From positions 11,278,716 through 11,342,715 of the forward strand of contig CP154954.1 in assembly GCA_039621445.1 (NCBI GenBank): a stretch of DNA of 64,000 nucleotides. Direction: 5' to 3'. The first letter of the stretch is position 1. Each line of letters starts with the position of its first letter. This document shows positions 11,513 through 24,494 of this stretch, piece by piece. Source of the stretch: Euglena gracilis. Lineage: Eukaryota. The position numbers were made by a program, and so were the translations under genes. The notes beneath the pieces were generated by a model, which saw only the letters and a list, made by a program, of their open reading frames with translations, ran no database searches and was not told the DNA's origin.

Positions 11513-14500
11513 TTCTTTCCCTAAGTTTCACTCCCTGGAGTGGGTGCACCGGTGGTAGAGGGAGGTTATGGGGGGAATCTTAAGGTGTAAGATAAACGGG
11601 CGACTGCAGTTGCGGTTGTAGGCATGTGCATGATCATTTGCATCCGTGGATGCTTGTCGGGCATGTGAATCTGAGGATGCTTGTAGGGTGCGCATGTGCG
11701 CACGTGTAGGGTGCGCATACTGCGCCTTTGGAAGGATTGGCATTCAACGAGCCGCAAATTTAGTACACAAAGTCGCGAGTCCCGGGACCCCCGGGAAGTG
11801 TGACCCCCAAAAGCCTTTGCTGATAGTGCCCCTGCTGTATTTGTGTGCCTGATTTCTACACGAGTCGCATGCCGCCTTGTGTACAGCAACCGGCTGCAGC
11901 CAATGGATGCCCTGCCCCCCACCTGCGTGGCAGTGTGCCAGGGGTGTTTGGACAAGCTCGAGAGGGCAGAGGCCCAGTGACACTGTCATTTGCGGTGCTG
12001 TCACCTTGACCCTGGCACTAAACTTCACTTCACCGTGACTGACTCTGTGCTTCCCTGTGTGCTGTATGCTCTTTTTTAGTGTGGCCGATGCAAAGTGTGC
12101 AAAGTGTGAGCAACGAGGATTTTGTGTGGATGTGCCTGACGGTTGCCTGAGGGTTGACTGTAAGGTTGCCTTGGGGTTGCCTGAGGTTCGGGCTATGAAC
12201 CTTGGTCTTCGGTTATAGGGCACCATTGGATGGCTCTAGGACGATGCAGGGCGATGCAGGGCGATGCAGAGCGATGCGGGGCCCAAAGGGGTGGGTGACT
12301 GAAGGTGCGTCTGACTACATGGCTTGCTTGTCGTGAAATCAAATAACCTCCTCGCGCGCAAGGGCTTCCGAGAAGAAAGAGGCCTCGTTTTACAGTTTTT
12401 TTTTTGGGTGTGGCCACCATGGCGCATCTGCCGCACATCACGTCGTAGTCCATTGGCAGTGGCTTGTCGGGCATGTGAATCTGAGGATGCTTGTAGGGTG
12501 CGCATGTGCGCACGTAGGGTGCGCATACTGCGCCTTTGGAAGGTGCTGTAACCCCCAAAAGGGACACGCGCAGCTCCCCGCGACAGAAATATACCATCGA
12601 AGATGGTTTGTAGTTCAGCCGCGCCCGCACTTTTGACGATTTTGACCAGCACTTTTTCCGCCATTAGACAATTAGACACAACCAACTCCGGAAAATTAAT
12701 CACTGAAGGGCCTAGCCTTGCCCAAAAGAAATTGGCCTTCGAAAACCCGGAGAGCCAGAGAGGTGTTACCCCAATTCACCCTGCCGTTTTTTTTGTTTTT
12801 CAGTCTATTTCAAATTGCGTGCGGAGATTCTAAAGACTCACAGATCCAAGGTGCCACAGCCATTTTTTCCCCATGCTCCTCGGGGGCTTGCGGCGTAAAC
12901 CCTCGCGCCCCCAAAAATTAACTGTTGGGTGACCAAGCGGCCTCCCCCAACACCTTCGGCAGATTGCCTCCCCCACTTTCCAGGCGGCCAAGCGGTGATG
13001 CCTTTGAGCCTGGAAGGTCTGCCGGCCCAAATGGCCTGACCGAGCGAGGCACTGAAAAAAATCTACGCTTTTCAAATAAGTGTATTTGGACATTTTTGTT
13101 AATCGTGGAGGCGTAATTTGGCCATATCTCTGGCAAGGCGTGGTATTGCGGGGAATGGGGGGGGGGGGGACCGTGGGATAGGACGGTTAATCGGGCTTCA
13201 ATTTTCGGTCCCAGAAGTATACTTTCTTTCACGGAGTTTTTTTGACAATGATTGCGCATTTTTTTTTGCGACCAGATATGGCCAAATTGGCCATCTCCAG
13301 CCGCGGGTGCGCGAAAACCAATTTCAACAGGGCGCTCTAAGGGCTCAATTCAATGTTTGAACTTCTTTTTAAATTTTTGTTAAAAGGTTTTGGAAGAAAA
13401 AAAAAGCGGGCCAAAATTGGCCAAAAAAGCGTGTCAAAAAAAAACGGGCTGAGGAAAGGTGGCGTTGGCCAAAACTTGTTGAGCTCAGACGAGTCCTCCA
13501 AACGCTGGTCGGCCAAATGCCTGGCACCAGAAAATTGGCAGCGGTGGCGTCGAGTGTGTGCGTGCAGACAGTTCCACGATGGTCACCGCTGCTTCTTCTC
13601 TCCGACGAGGCTCTCCATGAAACTGAAGCTGGACATGCTGCCCGTGGCGGCGTGGGCGAAATTGAGGAACGCCGTGGGGACCTCGAGAGAGCGCAGTGGG
13701 GGGACAAGCAGGGCTGGACGGACGGGAAAGCCTGGTGGGGGGTGGTGGACTCCCCCACCAACAGCAGCTCAAATGCAGCCAGCAGCCCAAATTCGGACTG
13801 GGAGCACCCCCCCCCGGGTGGGGGTCGAGTGAAATAAAGTTGTGTCCTGCCCGGCCGGAGGCCGGGCCAGCCGGCCGCCGGCTGGCCAGCCAAATGGGCG
13901 GCCCAGCTCACCTGTCCCTGCATTTTTTTTCGGTAATTCGGCTGTTCCTCCAGTCCCGATCCAGCCTTGATCCAGCTCCGGCTTAAGAAAACCCCTGATA
14001 CCGACCCCTCGGGATTTCAAGAAACGTAAAAGCGATGTACCGACCCGTCATTGTCAATGGGGCATGGACTTGACTTAGGCGGCACATCTCGCACTTAAGC
14101 TTCTTTTCTTTGCCGACGTGCGCAATTGCGCAAATCGACATTTTTTACAATTTTCTTGAAGCGACGAAAGCACCTGGTGAAACAGCAATGTATGAGGTTC
14201 GCAACTCACGATACGGGGTAGGAAACACACAGGTTTCAAGCCATGATCCTAACGAGTGTGAAACATCTGGAGTGGACAGGCTGGTGTTGTTGTCTGTGAA
14301 ACAGGTGGGTTGTACACCCTGGCAGTTGCAATGACGGATTTTGATGTGTCTGTGCTTCCTTTAACTGCAGGGTGATGCACACCTGTTTGAATGCGACCGA
14401 CTTTTTTTGGACAATGCGATGTGCAGGCAAACGGGACGATAATTGTGGCATAAAAAACCAGAACTCTGCCGCTATCAGACGGATCAAAATGTGTGACCAG

Positions 14501-16303
14501 CGACGGAACACTCACATGACACATATTTATGAAATGAGGGTTGATGTGCGCAAATGCGCACACCAACCACATGTGTATTTTGTGTAAATGGTTGGTGTGC
14601 ACATTTGCGCACATCGACCATTTGTGCAATTTGTTGATGGTCGATGTGCGCAAATGCGCACACCAACCACAAAAATAAATAAGTATTCGATGTGTGCATT
14701 GCGCACATAGACCACCTACCCAAAATACACATGTAGTTGGTGCACACCAACGACGTGAAATTTGAGAAATATACTCACATTTTTTGTATGAACCTCACGA
14801 AACAAAACACCTGCCTTTTCTTGAATCTAGAAGGAAAGTTTGTCCAAGGATTTTGAATGGGTACCGATTGCAAGGTGTCACAAAGAACGGTGGCTTGTAA
14901 ATGCTCCTTTATTTGACCTCCAAATTATGGAGTGCTATCACACTGTTTCATCCTTAACAGTTGATGTGCGAACTTGCGCACACCGACCAATGTGGGCACA
15001 TCACTTTGAAGACATTGTGTGGTGACAAAAATTCTGGTTTTTATATTATACAAAACGTGCAGTAGAACTCATTGTATGACTGGGGAAAATTTGTCCTCTC
15101 CAAGGGCAAGTTTGAATGTGTTATCTCCAACCCGTACGACCGATCATTTTCGCGCCATCAATTTGGAAGTTACGCGGGAGGAATTGATGACGCGTAACCG
15201 GCCCAAGACTGCTGGACACTTTTCTTAAAAAAGAACAACGACTTCAAGAATTTCAAAATTACGTGTAACCTTCCTGTTTCCTCGACCGGGAATCTTTTTT
15301 CTGCTATTGCCACAATGATGCCTCGTTTTTTCCTCAGAAAACATGCAACACACCAGTTTTTGTGCACGATATCAGGGTGTTAAATCCCATTTCTTTCACG
15401 CAACCCAACCAGGTGTAAACGTTAACTATTCTCAACTTCAAGGTCAGAGGATTTGTTTTTCGACAATTGGTAATTCTTTCCCGTTTTAGGCACGAATGAT
15501 CCGTTTCGCAAAATTTTAATTTTCATGGCTCTTGGGAGCTATGACCAAAGTGAAATGCAAATTGAAGACCAAAAAGAGGTTAAAAAATCACCCCTTTTGA
15601 ACCCCTTTCCCCTCTCCCCAACACCATTGAAAAAAGCTGTTGAAAAAATAACTGCTGTTATCTGCTAAATTAAAAATTGCAAGGAGCCGGAGCTCCTGCT
15701 CGGGCTCCTCCCCTGTCCGTTTCTGGCTCCTCCTCCCCCTGTCCTGCTCCGGCTCCTCCTCCCGCTCACGCTCATTTTCCGGCCCAAAACAGTTTTTCTG
15801 GGTCCGGGAGGGCTGTCAACCCACTCACTTCCGGTCATTTTTGGGCCAAAAAAGTCGAAACAATCGAAAACATTTTTTGTTCAGAGCACTGCTTTTTGGC
15901 TATCCTGACCCGGAAAAGGTGTATTTTCAGCCACAAATGAGTGTTTCTTCGCCCTGCGGCGCCCTGTTTCGAGCACAGATGTGTACCAGGTGTATGCTTC
16001 TGTCCACTTCCGTTGAGGAAGTTAGGATGGAAATAGATCCTATTAGGATTTCCTAATGGGTGCACCTTCTCTCTCCACAGGTGGTATTCTGTTCTATTCT
16101 TTATTCTGTTTTGTCTTTTCTTTTTCTCCGGACCAGACTTGGATATCCAGTCCGTCCTCCCTGCATTGCTCTGTGCTTTGCTTATTGGGAAGTGGGAAAA
16201 GGGTTTTTCTGTTACTCTGATTTTCAGTTCCCAAGTATGTGTTCAAAGGCGAAAGCGAAGGCTTTTGGGAAGTGGGAAAGGGGAATTTGGAATCAGACGT
16301 ACA
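11513..16303 (+). repeat. Copy 1 (rearranged, partial) of ~4.85-kb repeat unit
   Basis: 11513-11905 and 12772-16303 match copies 2 and 3. Extra sequence at about 11905-12770; about 300 bp missing near 15770. Confidence 0.85.
14540..14990. repeat. Cluster of palindromic GATGTGCGCAAATGCGCACACCAACCAC-type repeats (also about 22320-22760 and 27175-27610)
   Basis: Several direct and inverted imperfect copies in each unit. Confidence 0.7.
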
Positions 16304-16305
16304 CT

Positions 16306-16392
16306 TGGTAGCAGATTGGTTTCAATCCTACACATACTTCACAGAATGAAAGGCTACCAGGTATTACACTTGGTAGCATATTGGTTTGATCC
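16306..16392 (+). promoter_or_regulatory. Tandem pair of tRNA-iMet-like primer binding sites (also 24294/24359 and 29145/29210)
   Basis: TACACT-TGGTAGCAGATTGGTTTCAATCC and TACACT-TGGTAGCATATTGGTTTGATCC, 65 bp apart. Confidence 0.7.
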
Positions 16393-19300
16393 TGGCAGCG
16401 GAGAGCCCCTGCACCGTTATTACACGGTCGCAGCCTCAGCTCCTGGCTTCTAGTCAACGTCTAAGCAGACGAGCAGCCTCCGGAAGGCTCTGTACGTTAT
16501 TACCCGTTACAGCCCCTCTGGTGCCAGCACAACTGCTTAGTTTTGTGGGTTTTTGCTGTTTTTGTCATCAGAAAGAGGCAAAGCAAAGCCCCAACCATCA
16601 ATTCAACTATGCCTTATTACAGGCATCATTGCAAGACCTTGACCAAGAAACAGGGGATTGGAAGATTTTATGTGAAAGTGCTTCCGGTTCCCACGCCGAT
16701 GAGGCACAATTGGTTCAATTGTCAAGGTTGCAACATTTGTCGTCATTGACAGTGGTCGGCGATGAGCCCTCCACATCATTGGCTTCAGAGGCTAATGTGG
16801 CCTCTTCCGCACCCACCTTGCCACAACGGGGGTATTCGCCTCTGTCTGCGGCAATGGTGCAGCAGCGCACACCGGAGAGACCTGTGGTGATTCCGCCACC
16901 GGGCTTCTCTGGTGATGGTGGGCTGAAAACCCCGTGTTTCTTTCAACCACCACCCGTTCTTCCACCGGCAAGCCCTTATAGAGCTTTTCCACCACCACCC
17001 GATCTTGGGTGCTATCCCACACTACCTTGGCAGCCGGAGACTCGCCTAGTGGTACCGGAATTCTCCGGTATGTCCCAACCCCTGGACGGCTATGGGAAGG
17101 GCACTGGGGAGCTCCTCATTGCTGAGGATGTGCAGGATATCGTTGCTCGGCTTCCAGGGGATCACGCCCTTGTGAGGCAGTTCAACCATGTGCAACAATG
17201 TGTTGCAGATTGTGCAACCGCACTCAACAAAGTGCTGCAGTTTGAAGAAGACATCCAAAAACATCTATTCACCAAGGTGGAATACTGCTGGAATTACTTG
17301 CAGGAAGTTGGCAAATATTGCCAGAGGAATTTCGAAAGTGCCGGTATTGACCTTGCAATCTTTCGGGAAACCTTTGACAAAGTGTGCCAACAACTCCCGC
17401 AGAACTTCCGGCTAATTAGTGAATACGTGCATGAAGCGGAAACGCGGAATGACTCCAAGTTTCTGCACTTGCATGACGCACTACGACAGTTCCCGGGACA
17501 AATGGAGTCCTGTTCATCCGCGTTGTTGCATTTGCAACAACAGTTGCAGGCACGAGATTCCTCGTCTGAAACAACAAACAGTGGTGGATTTGTGTCTACG
17601 TACCATTTCCCCACATTGTCCGCAACTTTCCATGAATCGCAACAGCGCATTATGCAATTGTGCGATGGAACGGAAAAGTGTCGGCAATTCCAGTCACAAG
17701 CCAACGAGAATTTTGCTCCCCACACGTATGCGCGGCAGTTGGAGGAGCGACTTTCCCGTTTGGAGCAGAAAACCTGCTATTGTGAGGCAAATCGGGTTGG
17801 ATTATCCAATCTGAGCGCGAAAGTGGCGGAAATAACACAACGGCAGGATTCCCTGCAGTTGCAGTTGCAATCCGACATTGGCGGGATTAACTCGGCCATT
17901 GCGGGTTTGCAACAAAGCTATTCCGCACTTTCCCACCAAGTTCCGGACATAAGCGGCATTCAGACTGGTATTGGGGAACTCCAGACCCGGTATGCATCGG
18001 TGTCTACCAAAGTAACGAAAATGCAGTCTTTACCAGCAGGGTCCAGTTCCCGGATTACCGAGAACCCTGATTTCAAGGCATTTTGTGACAAAATGCTCAC
18101 TGGCAATCAGGAAACCTTTTTTTGTGAATCGGAATGCCCGATCCACGCAAGGTGAGATTATCAAGTTGGATGAGCGAATTTGCGCGTTTTTGGATAAGCC
18201 ACAACCCGGAAATTTGCCTGTGGGTACCACAACCACGTTGTCGGCTAACCGCGCACCGGTTGCACCCAAAACCACACCAACCAAGGTGACACCACCTTTG
18301 CAGATGCTCTCAAGTGCTGTAAAAGCATTAACGGGACAACTCCAATTATTGGATGAGTCTCACGGGAAACTTGTCCAAGATGTTACCGGAATTTCCGAAA
18401 GGGTTCCGCATTTGGATGAATGTTCCCGTTACCGCAAGCGTATTCGCGCTTTGGAGGATGAAGTTGACCGTATATGCGGCCAACTCCAACTCGTTGAGCA
18501 TTTGGAACAAAGTGTGCATGACTTGTCTGTGGGTTTGGATAATGTGTCCAACCAACAGCGGGTTTCACACCGCAATTCGGCAGTATGCATTGCCGAAGCT
18601 GCGCCAAATGTTCCAGATTCGCGTTTCCATAACCTGGCTCTGGGTGCACATGCACCACCACCACCCGTGTCCCGAGTGTCACAATCCGGTATTCCGCGAA
18701 TTGTGCCACCATTGGCCCTGTCCACAACCCAAACCCAGTTTTCGGATGAATTTCCCATTGCGGGAACCGAATTTTCGGAAAACACGGCGATTCCGCCAAG
18801 TCTCCATCAAGAAATCCATCATTCCATGCTTGTGCGTGGAATGAGCCAAACCCGTACACCGGGAGTGGGTCACATGTTGCATGCGCGACATACCCCCACA
18901 CCGGAGAGTCCCCGTTTTCCGGGTGAACAACAGGGTTTGCGACCGGATTTCCGGTACCAGGATTCACCGTCACCAGAAATTTCGCGATTCCGACAGTAAT
19001 CCGGAGAGGATGCGCTTGGTGCTCGAGCGTACCCAGGCCCAAATCTACGGAATACCACCAAGGGTCAACGGGTTCCTCAGAAAGACTTCAAGGGCACCAT
19101 CGCAATCACGAACAAGGTGAAACCCCAATGGGACGGTGATTCAACCACACGGAGACAGTTTTTCCGGGACTCGGAGTACTACTGGGCATTGAAAGGGCCA
19201 ACCCAGGACACAAACCCGGAGATGATCAAGATGAAATTCATCGATTGCCTCCCTAGGGATGAGAAGGAGCGCACCCGACAACTTGTAATTCGCTACCGCG

Positions 19301-19413
19301 TTTCCTTTGATGACCTGGTAGAGCAATTCGCTTCCACCAGTTCGTGTTTGGTCGCTAGGATTACCCTGGAGACCAAGTGGCGGCAATGTACCCCGACCGA
19401 TCGCAAGTGGAAG
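16386..19413 (+). pseudogene. Large coiled-coil Gag-like ORF of gypsy family B, copy 1 (frameshifted, 3' truncated)
   Basis: ORFs 16386-18155, 18085-18999 and 19117-19455 follow the PBS. The near-identical copy at 29225+ continues into zinc knuckles and pol. Confidence 0.75.
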
Positions 19414-19811
19414 CTCCCGCATCGCCCTGCATCGGCGAAGGTGCTTGGCGACTAAGACCCACAAAGCCTACGGTATGTTTGACCCAGCCCGTCGCGGAAG
19501 TTACTTGGACATGGCGCATAGCTGACGTTTTTCTTTGTTTTCTTTAAAACGTTTTTTTTCTCTTAATAAAAAACAAAAGTTACTTAGACATGCGGAAGTT
19601 ACTTAGACATGGCGCATACCTGACGTTTTTCTTTGTTTTCTTTAAAACGTTTTTTGTTTTTTATTAAAAGAAACGTTTTAAAGAAAACAAAGAAAAACGT
19701 CAGCTATGCGCCATGTCCAAGTAACTTCCGCGAAGGGCTGAGTCAAACATACCGTAGGCTTTGTGGGTCCCTGTCGCCAAGCACCTTCGCCGATGCAGGG
19801 CGATGCGGGAG
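19414..19811. repeat. Fold-back: 19414-19576 is an inverted copy of 19654-19811, with a partial duplicate in the loop
   Basis: CTCCCGCATCGCCCTGCATCGGCGAAGG... pairs with ...CCTTCGCCGATGCAGGGCGATGCGGGAG. Confidence 0.9.
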
Positions 19812-22800
19812 TTTTGGAGGCCAAAGGTGATTTGGTGATGCAGGGCGATGTGGGGAGTTTTTTGGATTTTTTGGAAGCGGGGATTTTGGATGGCTGAAGA
19901 GGGGTCCATATTTGGGCCCCTGCTGCGTGGTGCACCCTCCCTCCCCCGCAGACCACTCCAGCCTGCCCTTCATGTCTGCTCGTGCCTCTGCCTCTGCTGT
20001 CGCGCTGGACCTCTGCGTCCCCTCCGGGAGGTGTGTGACTCCCCTGCAGCCGAAGGTATCGTGCCCCTGCTACATACCTGCGTACCGCCTCACATTGGAG
20101 CTTGCTTCGTACCTGGGTCGGCGATGTTCCTCCTTCTTTCCCAAAGCTTCACTCCCTGGAGTGGGTGCACCGGTGGGAGAGGGAGGTTATGGGGGGAATC
20201 TTAAGGTGTAAGATAAACGGGCGACTGCAGTTGCGGTTGTAGGCATGTGCATGATCATTTGCATCCGTGGATGCTTGTCGTGCATGTGAATCTGAAGATG
20301 CTTGTAGGGTGCGCATGTGCGCACGTGTAGGGTGCGCATACTGCGCCTTTGGAAGGATTGGCATCCAACGAGCCGCAAATTTAGTACACAAAGTCGCGAG
20401 TTGGATGTCGAGGAAGGTTGGCTGGAGGCCAAGAAGCGGGACCCCCAGGAAGTGTGACCCCCAAAAGCCTTTGCTGACAGTACCCCTGCTGTATTTGTGT
20501 GCCTGATTTCTACACGAGCCGCATGCCGCCTTGTGTACAGCAAACGGCTGCAGCCAATGGATGCAAATTCACCCCGCCGTTTTTTTTGTTTTTCAGTCTA
20601 TTTCAAATTGCGTGCGGAGATTCTAAAGACTCACAGATCCAACGTGCCACGGCCATTTTCTCCCCATGCTCCTCGGGGGCTTGCGGCGTAAACCTTCGCG
20701 CCCCCAACAATTAACTGTTGGGTGGCCATGCGGCCTCCCCCAATACCTTCGGCAGATTGCCTCCTCCACTTTCCAGGCGGCCAAGCGGTGACGCCTTTGA
20801 GCCTGGAAGGTCTGTCGGCCCAAATGGCCTGACCAAGCGAGGCACTGAAAAAAATCTACGCTTTTAAAATAACTGTATTTGGACATTTTTGTTAATCGTG
20901 GAGGCGTAATTTGGCCATATCTCTGGCAAGGCGTGGTATTGCGGGGAATGGGGGGGGGGAAACCGTGGGATAGGACGGTTAATCGGGCTTCAATTTTCGG
21001 TCCCAGAAGTTCAGTTTCTTTCACGGAATTTTTTTGACAATGATTGCGCATTTTTTTTGCGACCAGATATGGCCAAATTGGCCATCTCCAGCCAGGCGGG
21101 GGGCGAAAACCAATTTGAAAAGGGCGCTCTAAGGGCTCAATTTAATGTTTGAGCTTTTTTTTCAATTTTTGTTGAAAGGTTTTGGAAGAAAAAAAAGCGG
21201 GCCAAAATTGGCCAAAAAAAGCGTGTCAAAAAAAAACGGGCTGAGGAAAGGTGGCGTTGGCCAAAACTTGTTGAGCTCAGACGAGTCCTCCAAACGCTGG
21301 TCGGCCAAATGCCTGGCACCAGAAAATTGGCAGCGGTGGCGTCGAGTGTGTGCGTGCAGACAGTTCCACGATGGTCACCGCTGCTTGTTCTCTCCGACGA
21401 GGCTCTCCATGAAACTGAAGCTGGACATGCTGCCCGTGGCGGCGTGGGCGAAATTGAGGAACGCCGTGGGGACCTCGAGAAAGCGCAGTGGGGGGACAAG
21501 CAGGGCTGGACGGACGGGAAAGCCTGGTGTGGGGGGGTAGACTCCCCCACCACCAGCAGCTCAAATGCAGCCAGCAGCCCAAATTCGGACTGGGAGCACC
21601 CCCCGGGGGGGATCGAGTGAAATAAAGTTGTGTCCTGCCCGGCCGGAGGCCGGCCGCCGGCTGGCCAGCCAAATGGGCTGCCCAGCTCACCTGTCCCTGC
21701 ATTTTTTTCGGTAATTCGGCTGTTCCTCCAGTCCCGATCCAGCCTTGATCCAGCTCCGGCTTAAGAAAACCCCTGATACCGACCTCTCGGGATTTCAAGA
21801 AACGAAAAAGCGATGTACCGACCCGTCATTGTCAATGGGGCAGGGATTTGACTTAGGCGGCACATCTCGCACTTAAGCTTCTTTTCTTTGTCGATGTGCG
21901 CAATTGCGCAAATCGACATTTTTTACAATTTTCTTGAAGCGCCGAAAGCACCTGGTGAAACAGCAATGTATGAGGTTCACACCTCACGATACAGGGTAGG
22001 AAACACACAGGTTTCAAGCCATGATCCTAACGAGTGTGAAACATCTGGAGTGGACAGGCTGGTGTTGTTGTCTGTGAAACAGGTGGGTTGTACACCCTGG
22101 CAGTTGCAATGACGGATTTTGATGTGTCTGTGCTTCCTTTAACTGCAGGGTGATGCACACCTGTTTGAATGCGACCGACGTTTTTGGACAATGCGATGTG
22201 CAGGTAAATGGGACGATAAGTGTGGCATAAAAAACCAGAACTCTGCCGCTATCAGACGGATCAAAATGTGTGACCAGCGATGGAACACTCACATGACACA
22301 TATTTATGAAATGAGGGTTGATGTGCGCAAATGCACACACCAACCACATGTGTACTTTTGTGTAAATGGTTGGTGTGCACATTTGCGCACATCGACCATT
22401 TGTGCAATTTGTTGATGGTCGATGTGCGCAAACGCGCACACCAACCACAAAAATAAATAAGTAGTCGATGTGCGCATTGCGCACATAGACCACCTACATA
22501 AAATACACATGTAGTTGGTGCACACCAACCACGTGAAAGTTGAGAAATATACTCACATTTTTTGTATTACCTCACGAAACAAAACACCTGCCTTTTCCTG
22601 AATCTAGAAGGAAAGTTTGTCCAAGGATTTTGAATGGGTACCGATTGCAATGTGTGACAAAGAATGGTGGCTTGTAAATGCTCCTTCATTTGATCTCCAA
22701 ATTATGGAGTGCTATTCATCCTTAACAGTTGATGTGCGAACTTGCGCACACCGACCAATGTGGGCACATCACTTTTGAAGACATTGTGTGGTGACAAAAA

Positions 22801-24490
22801 TTCTGGTTTTTATATTATACGAAACGTGCAGTAGAACACATTGTATGACTGGAGAAAATTTGTCCTCTCCAAGGGCAAGTTTGAATGTGTTATCTCCAAC
22901 CCGTACGACCGATCATTTTTGCGCCATCAGTTTGGAAGTTACGCGGGAGGAATTGATGACGCGTAACCCCCCCAAGACTGCTGGACACTTTTCTTAAAAA
23001 AGAACAACGACTTCCAGAATTTCAAAATTACGTGTGTGTATTCTTCGTGTTTCCTCGACTGGGAATCATTTTTCCGCTATTGCCACAATGATGCCTCGTT
23101 TTTTCCTCAGAAAACATGCAACGCACCAGTTTTTGTGCACGATATCAGGGTGTTAAATCCCATTTCTTTCACGCAACCCAACCAGGTGTAAACATTAACT
23201 ATTCTCAACTTCAAGGTCAGAGGATTTGATTTTCGACAATTGGTAATTCTTTCCCGTTTTAGGCACGAATGATCCGTTCCGCAAAATTTTAATTTTCATG
23301 GCTCTTGGGAGCTATGACCAAAGTGAAATGCAAATTGAAGACCAAAAAGAGGTTAAAAAATCACCCCTTTTGAACCCCTTTCCCCTCTCCTCAACACCAT
23401 TGAAAAAAAAGGTTAAAAAAAAACTGCTGTTATCTGCTAAATCAAAATTTGTCTCCTCCCCTGTCCGTTTCCGGCTCCTCCTCCCCCTGTCCTGCTCCGG
23501 CTCCTCCTCCCCCTGTCGAAAAAAAATCGAAAAATATTATTTTTACCAGAAACGATGTCTTTGGGCCTCCCGAACCCAGAAAAACTGTTTGGGCCGAAAA
23601 CGAGCGTTTTTCCGACCCGCCAGCGCCCCGTTTTGGACCGCCAACCCATTGTCTGGGTCATTTTTGGGTCACAAAAGCCGAAAAGATAGAAAATTTTGCT
23701 TTTGCCCAACGCGATTTTTTTTGGCGGAAAACGGGGCGCTGGCGGGTGGAAGAACGCTCATTTTCCGGCCCAAAAACAGTTTTTCTGGGTCCGGGAGGGC
23801 TGTCAACCCACTCACTTCCGGTCATTTTTGGGCCAAAAAAGTCGAAACAATCGAAAGCATTTTTTGTTCAGAGCACTGCTTTTTGGCTAGCCTGACCCGG
23901 AAAAGGTGTATTTTCAGCCACAAATGAGTGTTTCTTCCCCCCCCCGGCGCCCTGTTTCGAGCACAGATGTGTACCAGGTGTATGCTTCTGTCCACTTCCG
24001 TTGAGGAAGTTAGGATGGAAGCAGATCCTATTAGGATTTCCTAATGGGTGCCCCTTCTCTCTCCACAGGTGGTATTCTGTTCTATTCTTTATTCTGTTTT
24101 GTCTTTCCTTTTTCTCCGGACCGGACTTGAATATCCAGTCCGTCCTCCCTGCATTTCTCTGTGCTTTGCTTATTGGGAAGTGGGAAAAGGGTTTTTCTGT
24201 TACTCTGATTTTCAGTTCCCAAGTATGTGTTCAAAGGCGAAAGCGAAGGCTTTTGGGAAGTGGGAAAGGGGAATTTGGAATCAGACGTACACTTGGTAGC
24301 AGATTGGTTTCAATCCCACACATACTTCACAGAATGAAAGGCTACCAGGTATTACACTTGGTAGCAGATTGGTTTGATCCTGGCAGCGGAGAGCCCCTGC
24401 ACCGTTATTACACGGTCGCGGCCTCAGGTCCCGGCTTCTAGTCAACGTCTAAGCAGACGAGCAGGCTCCGGAAGGCTCTGTGCGTTATTA
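19655..24490 (+). repeat. Copy 2 of ~4.85-kb repeat unit (putative giant LTR 19655-24291 + PBS + about 200 bp)
   Basis: Same ORF-track peptides recur at offsets of about 4846-4856 in copy 3. Confidence 0.9.
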
Positions 24491-24494
24491 TTAT

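Noticed and set aside
14540-14990. CRISPR-like array
   Set aside because: Repeats are imperfect, in both orientations and irregularly spaced, in a eukaryotic transposon context.
12600-15600. Host genes within the 4.85-kb unit
   Set aside because: Short ORFs whose frames differ between the three copies; no domain recognised.
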